IMG/VR virus record: IMGVR_UViG_3300049734_000086
Coordinates: 10,431 to 74,430 of that record
Strand: one strand, 5' to 3'
Origin: a virus
DNA: 64,000 nt
This document shows positions 1 through 9,551 of this stretch, one piece after another. Position 1 is the stretch's first letter; the number at the start of each line of letters is the position of its first letter. The position numbers and the translations under genes were made by a program. The notes under the pieces were generated by a model. The model worked only from the letters and a program-made list of their open reading frames with translations. It did not search any database and was not told the DNA's origin.

Positions 1-39
1 CACTTCGTTGGGCTGAACAATCTCAATCATGCGTGCCAT
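1..39 (-). CDS. 5' end of next tail-operon gene (possible tail assembly chaperone), truncated by window edge
   Basis: ATG at 39 (MARMIEIVQPNEV...), directly downstream of the tail tube gene; function inferred from position only. Confidence 0.4.
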   Translation of the reverse strand, partial: MARMIEIVQPNEV

Positions 40-168
40 GTCATCGTCTCCATCGTCGGGTCCTGGGAGGGGTGCTGGGAAACGGCGGCGGTAAGGCTCC
101 CAGCACCCGAGAGTGCGCCTCCACCGCCGCCTGACTGCTCGCCTGTTCTTGGTAGCAGGGGCTACGCC

Positions 169-1233
169 TCAGGCCAGCAGGTTCGTCGAGCGAGTGTTGA
201 CCACCGTGATCCGCAGCGGGGCGGTCAGACTCGTCATGCCCGCAGGCGGTCCCGGAGGCATGTAGAGGTCGAAGTCCACCACCGGGCGGACCTGTCCGTG
301 CCCGACGACCACCGCCTTGTAGCCCCCAGTCTGGACTTGCAGGTTGGGGATCTCGAAGAACAGCGAGCGTTGGGTCGTGGAGTTGACGTAGGTCCCGCGC
401 ATGTGCAGGTCGGCCTTGAACCTCTGGCTGGCGTGCATCCCGGCCTGGAGCGAGTTGGCCGAGGCCGAGGTCATGCGGGCGTAGGTGATCTGCATGGTGC
501 CGGTCCAGAAGCCGTCGTCCTCGGCCTCGATGATGCCGTCGGAGTTGAGGACGAAGTCCTGGGCCAGGGGCCGGGTGATGTCCAGACTGAACTCCTTGGC
601 CACGGGCACTTCATCGGTGGCGGTCAGCGAGTTGCCGGACTGGATGTTCATCCGCAGCCGGGTGAGGCGGCGGAAGGCTCGGTTGCCGGGCGTGGCGGGG
701 ACGGCCCCGGCCAGGGTCGCCGAGTTGTTGATGACCGAGTCGTAGGTGGTGCGGTTGCCGACGATGGCGAAGTTCACCTCCATCCGGCCCTGCGCGCCGA
801 CCTTGATGCCGAACCCCATCACCTTGAACGAGGGAATCTCCTGGACGTAGTTCTGGAAATTCGCCGCGTAGGTGAACATGGGGACCAGACTGGGGCTCAG
901 CGTCAGGACGTGCTCGTAGGCCACCAGGGACCCGGCCGCCTGAGAGCTGACGACCACGGGAGTGGCGGCCGATCCCATGGCCCCGGCCAGAAACACGTCG
1001 GGGCCCTGCTCGAAGCGGAGCTGCATGGCCATGGTCGGGGTCACGGGCTGGTAGTCGCCGACCTCCGAAGGGCCGATGAAGTCCTGGGAGAAGGATTCGT
1101 CAATCACCATCTCAGGGCGGTTGTCGAACCCTTCGGTATTCATGATCAAGAGCTGGTTGGTGACCGAGGCGGGCACCGCCCAAGTGTTACAGCGGGCAAA
1201 CCCCGCATCGATCAAACGTCCGACAACACCCAT
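169..1233 (-). CDS. major tail (tube) protein
   Basis: Beta-rich ~354-aa ORF after neck/terminator genes; start MGVVGRL chosen from the AGGAG RBS; position in tail module. Confidence 0.65.
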   Translation of the reverse strand: MGVVGRLIDAGFARCNTWAVPASVTNQLLIMNTEGFDNRPEMVIDESFSQDFIGPSEVGDYQPVTPTMAMQLRFEQGPDVFLAGAMGSAATPVVVSSQAAGSLVAYEHVLTLSPSLVPMFTYAANFQNYVQEIPSFKVMGFGIKVGAQGRMEVNFAIVGNRTTYDSVINNSATLAGAVPATPGNRAFRRLTRLRMNIQSGNSLTATDEVPVAKEFSLDITRPLAQDFVLNSDGIIEAEDDGFWTGTMQITYARMTSASANSLQAGMHASQRFKADLHMRGTYVNSTTQRSLFFEIPNLQVQTGGYKAVVVGHGQVRPVVDFDLYMPPGPPAGMTSLTAPLRITVVNTRSTNLLA

Positions 1234-1360
1234 GAGGCTGACTCCTTGCCTAGACTCCCGCGCGAGGGAGCTATGGCGCAATACGGGTTACGAGTCTTGT
1301 TGGTCAGTCTGAGACAGGTCGCCGGTCGGGTCACAGGACGGGTCATCGTACGCATCGGTG

Positions 1361-1768
1361 CTAGTCCAGGGTGACGGCAATCTGCAGCCGCCCCACGGCA
1401 AAGTCTTGGTCGTCTTCGGGTTCGGGGATGTCCGAGCCAGGAGCGGGCTCGTCCATCACGGAGTACGGGTACTGCGGGTAGTCGTCGGTGATCGCATCCT
1501 CCAGCGCATCGAGGTCCACTTTCAACTGGCGGGCGGCTCCCCACCCGTCCCGTTGAATCCGCCGGGCCACGTGGATGAACAGCAGGTACTCGTCGTTCTG
1601 CGCTCCGCCCACGTAGTCGATGGACCCGACTCGCTCGGCGCTGAGATGATACACCCGGTGCATCTGCGTCGAGGGCTGGAGATCGAAGTCGAACGGCTCG
1701 ATCGACTTGTGAAAGCCCAGGGCCTCGGTCAGGACGGCGATGCGGAGGACCAGTTCGTCGGCGGTCAT
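1361..1768 (-). CDS. tail completion/terminator-like protein
   Basis: 135 aa, immediately upstream of tail tube; paralogous to 1765-2154 (EPFDFDLQP vs EPFNFDLQP). Confidence 0.55.
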   Translation of the reverse strand: MTADELVLRIAVLTEALGFHKSIEPFDFDLQPSTQMHRVYHLSAERVGSIDYVGGAQNDEYLLFIHVARRIQRDGWGAARQLKVDLDALEDAITDDYPQYPYSVMDEPAPGSDIPEPEDDQDFAVGRLQIAVTLD

Positions 1769-2154
1769 GAGGGATTGCTCTCCCGGATGAACTCCACCGT
1801 GAAGCGGAGGCGGGCGACCAGGAAGTCCCCGACCTTGGTCGGCGGCTGGATCATCTTCTCGGGCACGGGCTCGTCGGCGACGTTGTAGCCACCGGCAATG
1901 GCGTCCAGGTGGACCTGATCCAGGGCCGTGTCCAGGTCCTGGTGCATCTTGACTCTGGTCTCCCAGGCCCCGAGGCGGCGTGTGCGCCGGGCCATGAAGA
2001 TCGTGAACTCGTGCTGCTCGATCCGGTAGCCCGCGTCGGTCTGCAGGACCGGCTCGTGGTTGACCCGCTCACTGGTCATGTGGAACACCTGATCCAGCCG
2101 GGTATCGGGTTGGAGATCGAAGTTGAACGGTTCGCGGGCGCGGGCGTATCCCAT
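1765..2154 (-). CDS. tail completion/terminator-like paralog, N-terminally truncated
   Basis: MGYARAREPFNFDLQP..., colinear with 1361-1768; TGATG overlap with upstream ORF. Confidence 0.55.
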   Translation of the reverse strand: MGYARAREPFNFDLQPDTRLDQVFHMTSERVNHEPVLQTDAGYRIEQHEFTIFMARRTRRLGAWETRVKMHQDLDTALDQVHLDAIAGGYNVADEPVPEKMIQPPTKVGDFLVARLRFTVEFIRESNPS

Positions 2155-3629
2155 CACGCCGTCCCCATGCCTTCGATGACCAGGATGATGCGGTCCCACA
2201 CCAAGCCGACAGCGGTGGTTTCGAGGACCGGCGGGGGAATCGGGGCGTCCCCGGCGAAGGTCGAGGAGCCGGTGGCTTGGAAGACCGCGTTGACGGTACG
2301 GCCCCCGGCCATGGCCATCGTGGCGCTGCCGGTGGAGGTCAGGACCGAGGCGGTGGTACTGGCTCCGGTCGCCGAGAGGGCGGCGGTGGCTGCCGAGGAC
2401 AGGACTCCGGCAGCCGTGGCACGTCCGACCCCGGCCGCAGTGGCCACGCCAGCAGACGACAGTGCCCCAGGTTTGACGCCCGTGCCCACGGTGAGGCAGG
2501 TGGCCACCCCCGAGGCGTTGAGGACTGCAGCGGCCGTGGAGCGGCCCACGGTGGTGACTGTGGCGGACCCACTGGAGGCCAGGGCGGAGGCAGCCGTGGA
2601 CCGGCCAGTCGCCGAGCACGTGGCGGACCCCGAGGCCGAGAAGACCCCGGCAGTGACGCCAGCGTTCGAGGCCGCGAAGGTCCCGACACCAGCCGCGTTG
2701 AGGACCGAGGCGGCGGTACTGCGACCGACCGTGGAGACCGTGGCTTGACCCGAGGAGGCCAGAACGGACGCCGCCGTCGAGCGACCGACCGTGGTGACAC
2801 TGGCCGCGCCACTGGAACTGAAGACGGCCGAGGCAATGGCCTGCCCGGTGAAGGCGACCGAGGCCGACCCACTGGCGGAGAAGGCGGCGGGGGAGGCCCC
2901 ACCTTCGCCGACCCCACCAATCGTGGCTTGCCCGGCGGCCGAGAACACAGCAGCCGCCGTACTGCGGCCGACCGCCGAGAGTGCGCCGGTCCCGGCCGAG
3001 GAGAAGGCCGAGGAGGCGGTGGACTGGGCCGTGAAGGCGGCGGTACTCGAACCACTAGCCGCGAGGACCCCGGCTGCAAGTCGGGCCCCGACGAAGGTGG
3101 CGGTGCTGGTGCCACTACTACTGAGGACCGACGCCGCTGTCGACTGCCCCACCCCGGTGAGCGCCCCACTGCCTGCCGACGTGAAGACGGAGGCGGCCGT
3201 ACTCCGCCCCACGGCACTGAGCGAGCCGACACCACTGCTACTGAGAATGGAGGCGGCCGTCGACCGCCCCACCATGGACACGGAGGCCGCGCCACTGGAG
3301 GACAGAACGCCGGTCCCAATCGTGGCTCCGACTGCCGAGAACGTACCCGCGCCACTGCTGCTGAAGACCGACGACGCGATCCCACTGCCGACCGTGGTGA
3401 CCGTGGCCGACCCGCTGGAGCTGAGCACCGAGGCGGCCGTCGACCGTCCCGTGTGGGACACGGTGGCCACACCACTGCTGGCGAACACCGCAGCGGCGAT
3501 GCTGGCCCCGACAAAGGCGGCCACCGCCACGCCGCTGGCGCTGACCGATGCGCTCTCGATCCCCGGCGCGGGCGGTGTGACCGCCAGGGTGTTGTTGAAG
3601 CGCGGAGACCGGAGTTGATGGAAGGACAT
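2154..3629 (-). CDS. Ser/Ala/Gly/Thr-rich virion fibre-like protein with ~20-aa tandem repeats
   Basis: About 20 repeats of SSSGxATVxxVGRSTAASVL-like units; 60-bp period visible in the DNA. Confidence 0.7.
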   Translation of the reverse strand: MSFHQLRSPRFNNTLAVTPPAPGIESASVSASGVAVAAFVGASIAAAVFASSGVATVSHTGRSTAASVLSSSGSATVTTVGSGIASSVFSSSGAGTFSAVGATIGTGVLSSSGAASVSMVGRSTAASILSSSGVGSLSAVGRSTAASVFTSAGSGALTGVGQSTAASVLSSSGTSTATFVGARLAAGVLAASGSSTAAFTAQSTASSAFSSAGTGALSAVGRSTAAAVFSAAGQATIGGVGEGGASPAAFSASGSASVAFTGQAIASAVFSSSGAASVTTVGRSTAASVLASSGQATVSTVGRSTAASVLNAAGVGTFAASNAGVTAGVFSASGSATCSATGRSTAASALASSGSATVTTVGRSTAAAVLNASGVATCLTVGTGVKPGALSSAGVATAAGVGRATAAGVLSSAATAALSATGASTTASVLTSTGSATMAMAGGRTVNAVFQATGSSTFAGDAPIPPPVLETTAVGLVWDRIILVIEGMGTA

Positions 3630-3640
3630 GGAGGTCTAGC

Positions 3641-4357
3641 CTACAAAGCCCTCCCGGGTGTGAAGGCAGCCGGGCGCAGGATGTTACCGGGCTGGAAGCG
3701 CCCGTAGAACGGATGGTCTTCGACTGCCGTTGTCCCGTTATTCGTGGGGCTCAGACCGCCGACCAAGTCTGTCAGTCCCAGGGCCTCGGTCAGCGGCCAG
3801 TACCCGACTGGCGAGTCGATGATGCGCGCATCGCGCCCTCGGGCTAGCATGAACATCTGGTCCGACGACAGTTCGACATCGCGCCAGATCGCAACCTCCG
3901 CGATCACGCCGTCGAAATAGTTCGTCCCGTTGGAGAGCGCCCCAAACGTCAGATTGACTGCCGGTTCTGTGGTGGGGCCACCCATGGTCCCCTGCATCGT
4001 GATGGACCCGTTGATGTACGACCGCGCACGCGCATCCGAAATTCGCCACGACGCACCCACCGCAACCCATCGGTCGTAGAAGGCAGACACATCACCGCTG
4101 TCTTGGCCGACCTGCCATCCGAGTCCTTCAATGGGCCACGTCATGATGAGTCGAGTGTTCGGACTAGTACCGGCCACCTTCAGCGACCAGCCATTCGTTC
4201 CAGCATCCTCCTTGCTGATGATGTAGCGTTCTAAGCCGTCAGACCCCGAGGTGGCCTTGATCCACGCATGCACCGTCCACGCCGTGATACCCACATTGTC
4301 GTGGGCATCCCCGACGTGAAACGACTGCGATGATCCCCGGACGAACTGTCTGCCCAT
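3641..4357 (-). CDS. LamG/concanavalin A-like domain virion protein
   Basis: WTVHAWIK...YFDGVIAEVAIW...LS LamG signature. Confidence 0.75.
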   Translation of the reverse strand: MGRQFVRGSSQSFHVGDAHDNVGITAWTVHAWIKATSGSDGLERYIISKEDAGTNGWSLKVAGTSPNTRLIMTWPIEGLGWQVGQDSGDVSAFYDRWVAVGASWRISDARARSYINGSITMQGTMGGPTTEPAVNLTFGALSNGTNYFDGVIAEVAIWRDVELSSDQMFMLARGRDARIIDSPVGYWPLTEALGLTDLVGGLSPTNNGTTAVEDHPFYGRFQPGNILRPAAFTPGRAL

Positions 4358-4371
4358 AGTGGTCTGGCCTA

Positions 4372-6255
4372 CTAGACAACCTCAAACACCATCACGGCAT
4401 AGCGGCCGTGGGGCGGATGCGTCACACGGTCGGCTGTCCGCAGGGGCACGTAGAGTCGCCGGGTCGCCGCGTCGAACACCACGCCCCCGAAGACTCCAGC
4501 AGTCCACTGCGTGCTGACGCCAAGGGTCGGGACGAGGTGACGAACTTCAAACTGATTCGTCGTCGGGACACGGGACCATAGATCGGCCGTGCCCTTCGCC
4601 GTCGCAATCAGATCATCCGGGTTGTAGATCCACGCGAGTGGCACCCGCAAATGCGCGCCCGGCCCGGTGCCCTGCCACCAGTCGTCGAATTGGCCATGGC
4701 AGCAGGTCTTTGCCGCCGAGCCGTCACTGCGGAACGGATCGCCGTACCACAGATGCACGAACCCATCAGGGTCGCCCGGCGCTTGATAGCCCTGGGGCGT
4801 GGTGACGAGTTGTCCGAAGTAGAGGAGGCCGTGCTTGTCTGGGAGGTCGATCCAGATGCACGAATTCATGGTGTCGTCCTGGCCCGCTGCTGGGTCCTCG
4901 CCGCCAAAGAGCCCGAGACCCGGCTTGATGAACGAGCCCTGCCGACAGTCGTACTTCACGTTCCAGCCGCAGGTCTTGAAGCGCGTGTCGCGGGTCTGCC
5001 GGTGCTGGTAGTCGTGGAGGATCAGCCCGTGGTTGTCGACGCTCCAGTCGGCGTAATCGGTCGCGCCGTCCGGTGGCGTGTTGAGGGCGGGGAGATTGAC
5101 CGCCGAGAGGATCGCGCCGAAAGGGGAATGGAAATTTCCGCTGGCCTGCGTCGACATCATGCCCGTGCGCTTGCCACTGAGATGGGCGTCGGCAAAGGCC
5201 TGGGGGATCTCGCAGAACGCTCCACGGGTCTTCTGGGAGTTCCACTTGGTGCGCCAGTTGCCGAAGGTGGCCGTGGTGCCGTCCGCTTTGAGTTGGACTG
5301 CGCCGATCGAGGGGTCGTGACCCGTGGGGATGTAGCCTTCCCCGTAGGTGTAGAAGATGGCTTGTTTCGACTCGTCCCAGTGCAGACCGCCAAGCCACGA
5401 GGAATTGTTGCCGCCCCCGGTCAAGGTTTTGGTGAACGGCATACCCCACGACTTGATCTTCGGCATGAACGGCGCGGACGCGACATCAGGCGCTGGGTCG
5501 GCAGACGGGAGGCCGTACTCAATCAGTTCGTTGCCTTGCGTCTCATTGCCGAGCGCGAAGAACTGCCGCTTGCCGTTCACGACACGGGACGTGAAGCCGC
5601 CACGCGAGTAGTAGCCTTCGGTGTAGGGGTCGAAGCGGTAAAAGCCCTTGAAGACCAGATCGCCGGGCACCAGCACCCGCTTGGTCCCGCCACCACCACC
5701 GGGGTCGGTGCAGGCCTGGGTCGCGGTACGGGTCTCGATGCCGCTCAGGGGGCCACAGGCCGCGCCGCCATTGGCCGGGGCCGTCACGATGCTCTTGGTC
5801 CAGGTCCTCTGCTCGCTGCGGGTCTGCTGTCCGCCCGCGCAGGCGGTCCAGGCCGTGACCGGCTCCCAGGCCCCGAAGGTCGGCTCGGAGATCACGCAGT
5901 CGACAGGGAGAGAGGGCGCGGAGGCGGTCTTGAAGCTGAAGACATCGCTCTTGGTCGCCCCGGCCCGGTTGAATGCCACGACCATCCAGTAGTAGACCGT
6001 GTTGGGCTGGGTCTTGCCGGTCAGGTCGAATGAGGTGGCGAAGGTGTCATTGGCGATACGAACTTCCGCTCTGGCCCCGGTGACCAGACTCCTGTCCGTG
6101 CTGCCGTAGAGGTCGTAGAAATCCGCGCCGTCGCAGGCCCACACCAGTCCGACTTCGGCATAGTTCTGCTGGCCGTTGGTCGGCTTCACCGCCACGGGCT
6201 TGGTTGGCTTGAGATACGTGCCCACCCAACGCTGCATTGATTCGTAATCACCCAT
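4372..6255 (-). CDS. multidomain virion accessory protein (FN3-like + thrombospondin type-1-like + large C-terminal domain)
   Basis: PNTVYYWMVVAFN FN3 motif; DCVISE..W...WTAC.GG.QTR...PANGGAAC...ETR...C TSP1-like segment. Confidence 0.65.
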   Translation of the reverse strand: MGDYESMQRWVGTYLKPTKPVAVKPTNGQQNYAEVGLVWACDGADFYDLYGSTDRSLVTGARAEVRIANDTFATSFDLTGKTQPNTVYYWMVVAFNRAGATKSDVFSFKTASAPSLPVDCVISEPTFGAWEPVTAWTACAGGQQTRSEQRTWTKSIVTAPANGGAACGPLSGIETRTATQACTDPGGGGGTKRVLVPGDLVFKGFYRFDPYTEGYYSRGGFTSRVVNGKRQFFALGNETQGNELIEYGLPSADPAPDVASAPFMPKIKSWGMPFTKTLTGGGNNSSWLGGLHWDESKQAIFYTYGEGYIPTGHDPSIGAVQLKADGTTATFGNWRTKWNSQKTRGAFCEIPQAFADAHLSGKRTGMMSTQASGNFHSPFGAILSAVNLPALNTPPDGATDYADWSVDNHGLILHDYQHRQTRDTRFKTCGWNVKYDCRQGSFIKPGLGLFGGEDPAAGQDDTMNSCIWIDLPDKHGLLYFGQLVTTPQGYQAPGDPDGFVHLWYGDPFRSDGSAAKTCCHGQFDDWWQGTGPGAHLRVPLAWIYNPDDLIATAKGTADLWSRVPTTNQFEVRHLVPTLGVSTQWTAGVFGGVVFDAATRRLYVPLRTADRVTHPPHGRYAVMVFEVV

Positions 6256-6276
6256 TCGAGTCCTCCCCTCCTCTGG

Positions 6277-6954
6277 TTATGCGATGCCCCGGGACATCCC
6301 GACGCCCTTGATCGCTTTGTAGTTCTCCAACTGGTTCACCGGCAGCTCGGTGTACCCCACGGCGATGGCTCCCCAGTCCTCTGATGTGCCGAAGGTCCAG
6401 CTCAGGGTGACCCCGCCCGGGACTTCGGTGAGGAGGTACTGCTCCCCACCGCCGTGCGTGCCGTCGTCGGTGTTGGCGATGATGGTGCCGACCTGCGCCG
6501 AGGGGTTCCAGGTCTGCGCGCCCGAGCCGACGATGGCGAAGACGATGCCCGGGTCCTGCATCGTGACTGACCCGGGCGTGGGGTTGGTCGAAGTGCCGTT
6601 GCTGGACGAGACCTGACGCAGGACGCCCGTGCCGCCCCGCGCCTCGACCATCGTGATGAAGATGGTCAGCGCCCCGGTGTTCGGGACCGTGATGGTGTAG
6701 TCCCCAGGCACGGGGTTGAGGACATCCCAGTACTCGACCGAGGTCTCCGGGCTCGCTGCCGCCTTGACCACCCCCGCCCGTACCGTGAAGGCGGTGGAGC
6801 CCAGGGTCGGGCTCCCCCCGGCCCGGTTGGTGGCCCCGGCGACCTTCATCAGCAGGGCGAGCACCGACACCCCGGGCAGCACCTCGTAGGTGAAGGTGAT
6901 CGGGTTCCCGGCGGACGACGTACGGACTCGCCCGAGGCGGTAGGTGAACGCCAT
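6277..6954 (-). CDS. virion structural protein (beta-rich)
   Basis: 225 aa, T/G/V-rich, within structural cluster. Confidence 0.55.
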   Translation of the reverse strand: MAFTYRLGRVRTSSAGNPITFTYEVLPGVSVLALLMKVAGATNRAGGSPTLGSTAFTVRAGVVKAAASPETSVEYWDVLNPVPGDYTITVPNTGALTIFITMVEARGGTGVLRQVSSSNGTSTNPTPGSVTMQDPGIVFAIVGSGAQTWNPSAQVGTIIANTDDGTHGGGEQYLLTEVPGGVTLSWTFGTSEDWGAIAVGYTELPVNQLENYKAIKGVGMSRGIA

Positions 6955-6972
6955 GGTCCTGGGTGGCCAGAA

Positions 6973-7803
6973 TCAGTTCAGGGACTCCAGCCCGTAATCC
7001 ATCCCGGTGATGGTGTTGGACGCCGAGTTGGCCGACCAGTCCCCGGTGAAGGACAGGGCGGTGTCGGCGGTCAGGTCGACGGTCACGGCGGCCGGGGCGT
7101 CGAAGCCCGAGACGCCATACACGTTGGTCGACACGGCCGTCGACGACGTATGCACCGCAAGGCTGCCAAATACCAGCAGCGTGCCCGTGGCACCGTTCAA
7201 GCGGGTCTGGATGTCCAGTACCGTGCGCCAGTTGACGTTGGTGACGCCCGAGCCCATGGTGATGGCTTCGGTGTTGGCCAGGATGGTACCGCTCACCCCG
7301 CCCCACCTGAGGGCCCAGACCATGGTGGGCGTGCCCGTGGTACTGAGCTTCCCCGAGCACGTCAGCCGCATCCGGCGGCCGTCCTGCATGTAGTTGGCCG
7401 GGATGGTCACATTGGGGAAGAGAATGGTCTCGGTCGTGGTCGTGTGGACCGCCGTCCCATCGGCAGTCGACCATGCGATCAGCTCCTCCCAGTACTGGCG
7501 GCTGTTCTGGATGTCCAGCGGCCACTTCCTGGGATTGAAGGGCCGCGCCGACTTCGGGATCCCCAGCTTCTTCTCCAGCTCCAGGATCCGGTTGGTCAGC
7601 AGCCCCGTTTCCGTCATCCGGGTCCACCGGGGGTCGATGCCGGTGCCGCCGCAGTGGCGGTCCCGGGAGGCGTGACGGGTGACCCGGCCCGAGGCCCCAG
7701 GGAGGGTGAGCAGGGAGCCGAGGCCGGAGCAGTCTGGACACCGGGGCCCGTGCTGGCCTTGCAGGTTGTGCGGCGGTCGTGCGCCGACAGTAGCGAGTGA
7801 CAT
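6973..7803 (-). CDS. virion protein with N-terminal CxxCxGxG zinc-finger-like segment
   Basis: CPDCSGLG...HCGGTG followed by a T-rich beta-sandwich-like domain. Confidence 0.55.
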   Translation of the reverse strand: MSLATVGARPPHNLQGQHGPRCPDCSGLGSLLTLPGASGRVTRHASRDRHCGGTGIDPRWTRMTETGLLTNRILELEKKLGIPKSARPFNPRKWPLDIQNSRQYWEELIAWSTADGTAVHTTTTETILFPNVTIPANYMQDGRRMRLTCSGKLSTTGTPTMVWALRWGGVSGTILANTEAITMGSGVTNVNWRTVLDIQTRLNGATGTLLVFGSLAVHTSSTAVSTNVYGVSGFDAPAAVTVDLTADTALSFTGDWSANSASNTITGMDYGLESLN

Positions 7804-7811
7804 GGTGTGGG

Positions 7812-8117
7812 CTACTCCTTCTCCGGTTGCGGGTGATCGGTCCTGTCGGCGGCTGGGGTCTCGGTGTCGGCATCGGCGGTGTCGGGGAGTGCAGCCAGTC
7901 CCTGACGCACCCGCTCCAGGACGCCTTCACGGGCTTCGAGCATCCGCTGCCGGATGATGTCGGGCTGGTCCATCGAGATGCCCTCCTGCGAGCACCGCTT
8001 GACCGCATCGGCCATAGCCTTCTCGATCTGGGCGCTGACCGACGCGCCCCCGCCCCACTTGGCGGCGCTGGACAGTGTGGCCACGGCGGACACAATCTTG
8101 GGTTCCTTCTTGGCCAT
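7812..8117 (-). CDS. hypothetical protein
   Basis: MAKKEPK... start with GGAGG RBS. Confidence 0.55.
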   Translation of the reverse strand: MAKKEPKIVSAVATLSSAAKWGGGASVSAQIEKAMADAVKRCSQEGISMDQPDIIRQRMLEAREGVLERVRQGLAALPDTADADTETPAADRTDHPQPEKE

Positions 8118-8119
8118 GG

Positions 8120-8590
8120 TCAGTCCTCCGTGATGGTCGAGGCGGTGGTCAGGCGGGGCGTGATGCCGTCGCCGGTGACGATGTTGGGAGTGACCGTGCC
8201 CTTGTAGAGGATCTTGCCGGTCGAGGACGAGGCGGTGCCGACGTGGGCGTGGGTGGCGGTACCCGAGCCCCCGGTCCCGGCCGGGAAGTCGATATTGGCC
8301 ACCGGGGACACACTGTTGGCGGAGACCGTCCACCCACCCGTGGTCCTGGCGACGGCGACCCGGGCGTAGGAGGTGTAGGTGATCTCGTTGGTGGTCTGGT
8401 CGCCCGCCTCACCCGGGTCGGCCGTGTGCAGACCCATCTGCAGGTTGGCCAGCGGGGACGAGGCCGCGTTGTCGGCGATGTTGGCGATGGCGGTGGCGTT
8501 GAAGATCAGCTTCAGCAGGTCGTTCTCGAAGGTGTTGCCCTTGGACCGTGCCATGCTGACGAGCGGTCGCAGGCGAATGGGGTAACGCAT
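8120..8590 (-). CDS. conserved phage minor tail/fibre-associated protein
   Basis: SKGNTFENDLLKLIFN...LHTADPGEAG...SYARVAVAR family motif; GGAG RBS before MRYPIRL. Confidence 0.7.
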   Translation of the reverse strand: MRYPIRLRPLVSMARSKGNTFENDLLKLIFNATAIANIADNAASSPLANLQMGLHTADPGEAGDQTTNEITYTSYARVAVARTTGGWTVSANSVSPVANIDFPAGTGGSGTATHAHVGTASSSTGKILYKGTVTPNIVTGDGITPRLTTASTITED

Positions 8591-8663
8591 CAGATACTCC
8601 TTGAGTGGGTGACGGGAACCGCTGGTGTCTGCATGGTCAGTCTGGTCAGCACAGTCATCGGAA

Positions 8664-9539
8664 TCATCCACGCTCGATGATGAACAGCGATTGGTCGATC
8701 GGGGCCGCCGGGGAGCTGGGCACCACCTGCTCCTCCTCCGGCAGCGTGAACTCGTTGAGGCCGATGAGCGCATCAGCCAGCATGTTGTCGGCCATGGTGT
8801 GGTACTCGCGGGACTTCTCTTTCCACTCCCCGCGCTGCGCGCCCCAGCCCTCGCCGTACATCATCGCCATGACCTTGTAGGCCGAGGGCAGGGTCAGGCG
8901 CGAGCGGCGGACGGGCAGGGCCTGGGAGATGGCGGTGGGTACCGAGGGGGTGCGATTGGCCCCCACCCGCATCCAGTAGCGCCATGTCGACTGGTCGTTC
9001 AGTGAGCGCCGAGCCCAGTTGGTCGGGTGCTGCCAGCCGATCTGGCCACCGCCCGAGAAGGCAATGGAGTTGACCAGGGTGGCGTCAGAGAGGGAGGACA
9101 TCGCCGACCAGCCCGTGCCGGTCCAGTACTCGTAGGTCCCCACGGTCAGACTGTTCACGTTGGGCGTGCTCTGCATGGTGAGCCAGAGCTTGCGCGGCGC
9201 TTCGGGCATCCCCAGGTAGAGGAAGTCCGAGCCGACGGTGACCAGGGTGGTGGCCAGACTGACATCGTCCAGCGTCTTGTTGGTCACCGCCTCCAGGACA
9301 TCGGTGAAGACCCCTCCGGTGTAGCCCAGCGCGGACTCGGGCGCGAAGCGGACGGAGTGGTTGTGCGGGGAGTACCCGGCTTTGACGAGGCGCGAGTAGA
9401 GCCAGTCGTCGACCACCGACACCCGCTTCTGCGCCATGTTGGTGCTGACGACGGCCGGAGAGTTGCCGAACACCTCCAGGGCGTCGTAGTCGACGGTCAG
9501 CACGTCGAGTTCGGAGATGATGTCGTCGACCCTGAGCAT
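8664..9539 (-). CDS. head-tail adaptor-like protein
   Basis: 291 aa, first structural gene after the capsid/GT block; positional inference. Confidence 0.45.
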   Translation of the reverse strand: MLRVDDIISELDVLTVDYDALEVFGNSPAVVSTNMAQKRVSVVDDWLYSRLVKAGYSPHNHSVRFAPESALGYTGGVFTDVLEAVTNKTLDDVSLATTLVTVGSDFLYLGMPEAPRKLWLTMQSTPNVNSLTVGTYEYWTGTGWSAMSSLSDATLVNSIAFSGGGQIGWQHPTNWARRSLNDQSTWRYWMRVGANRTPSVPTAISQALPVRRSRLTLPSAYKVMAMMYGEGWGAQRGEWKEKSREYHTMADNMLADALIGLNEFTLPEEEQVVPSSPAAPIDQSLFIIERG

Positions 9540-9551
9540 GCGTCGTGCCTC

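Noticed and set aside
6248-8095. 615-aa minus-strand ORF
   Set aside because: Alternate-frame overlay of three better-supported genes; Arg/Pro/His-rich composition
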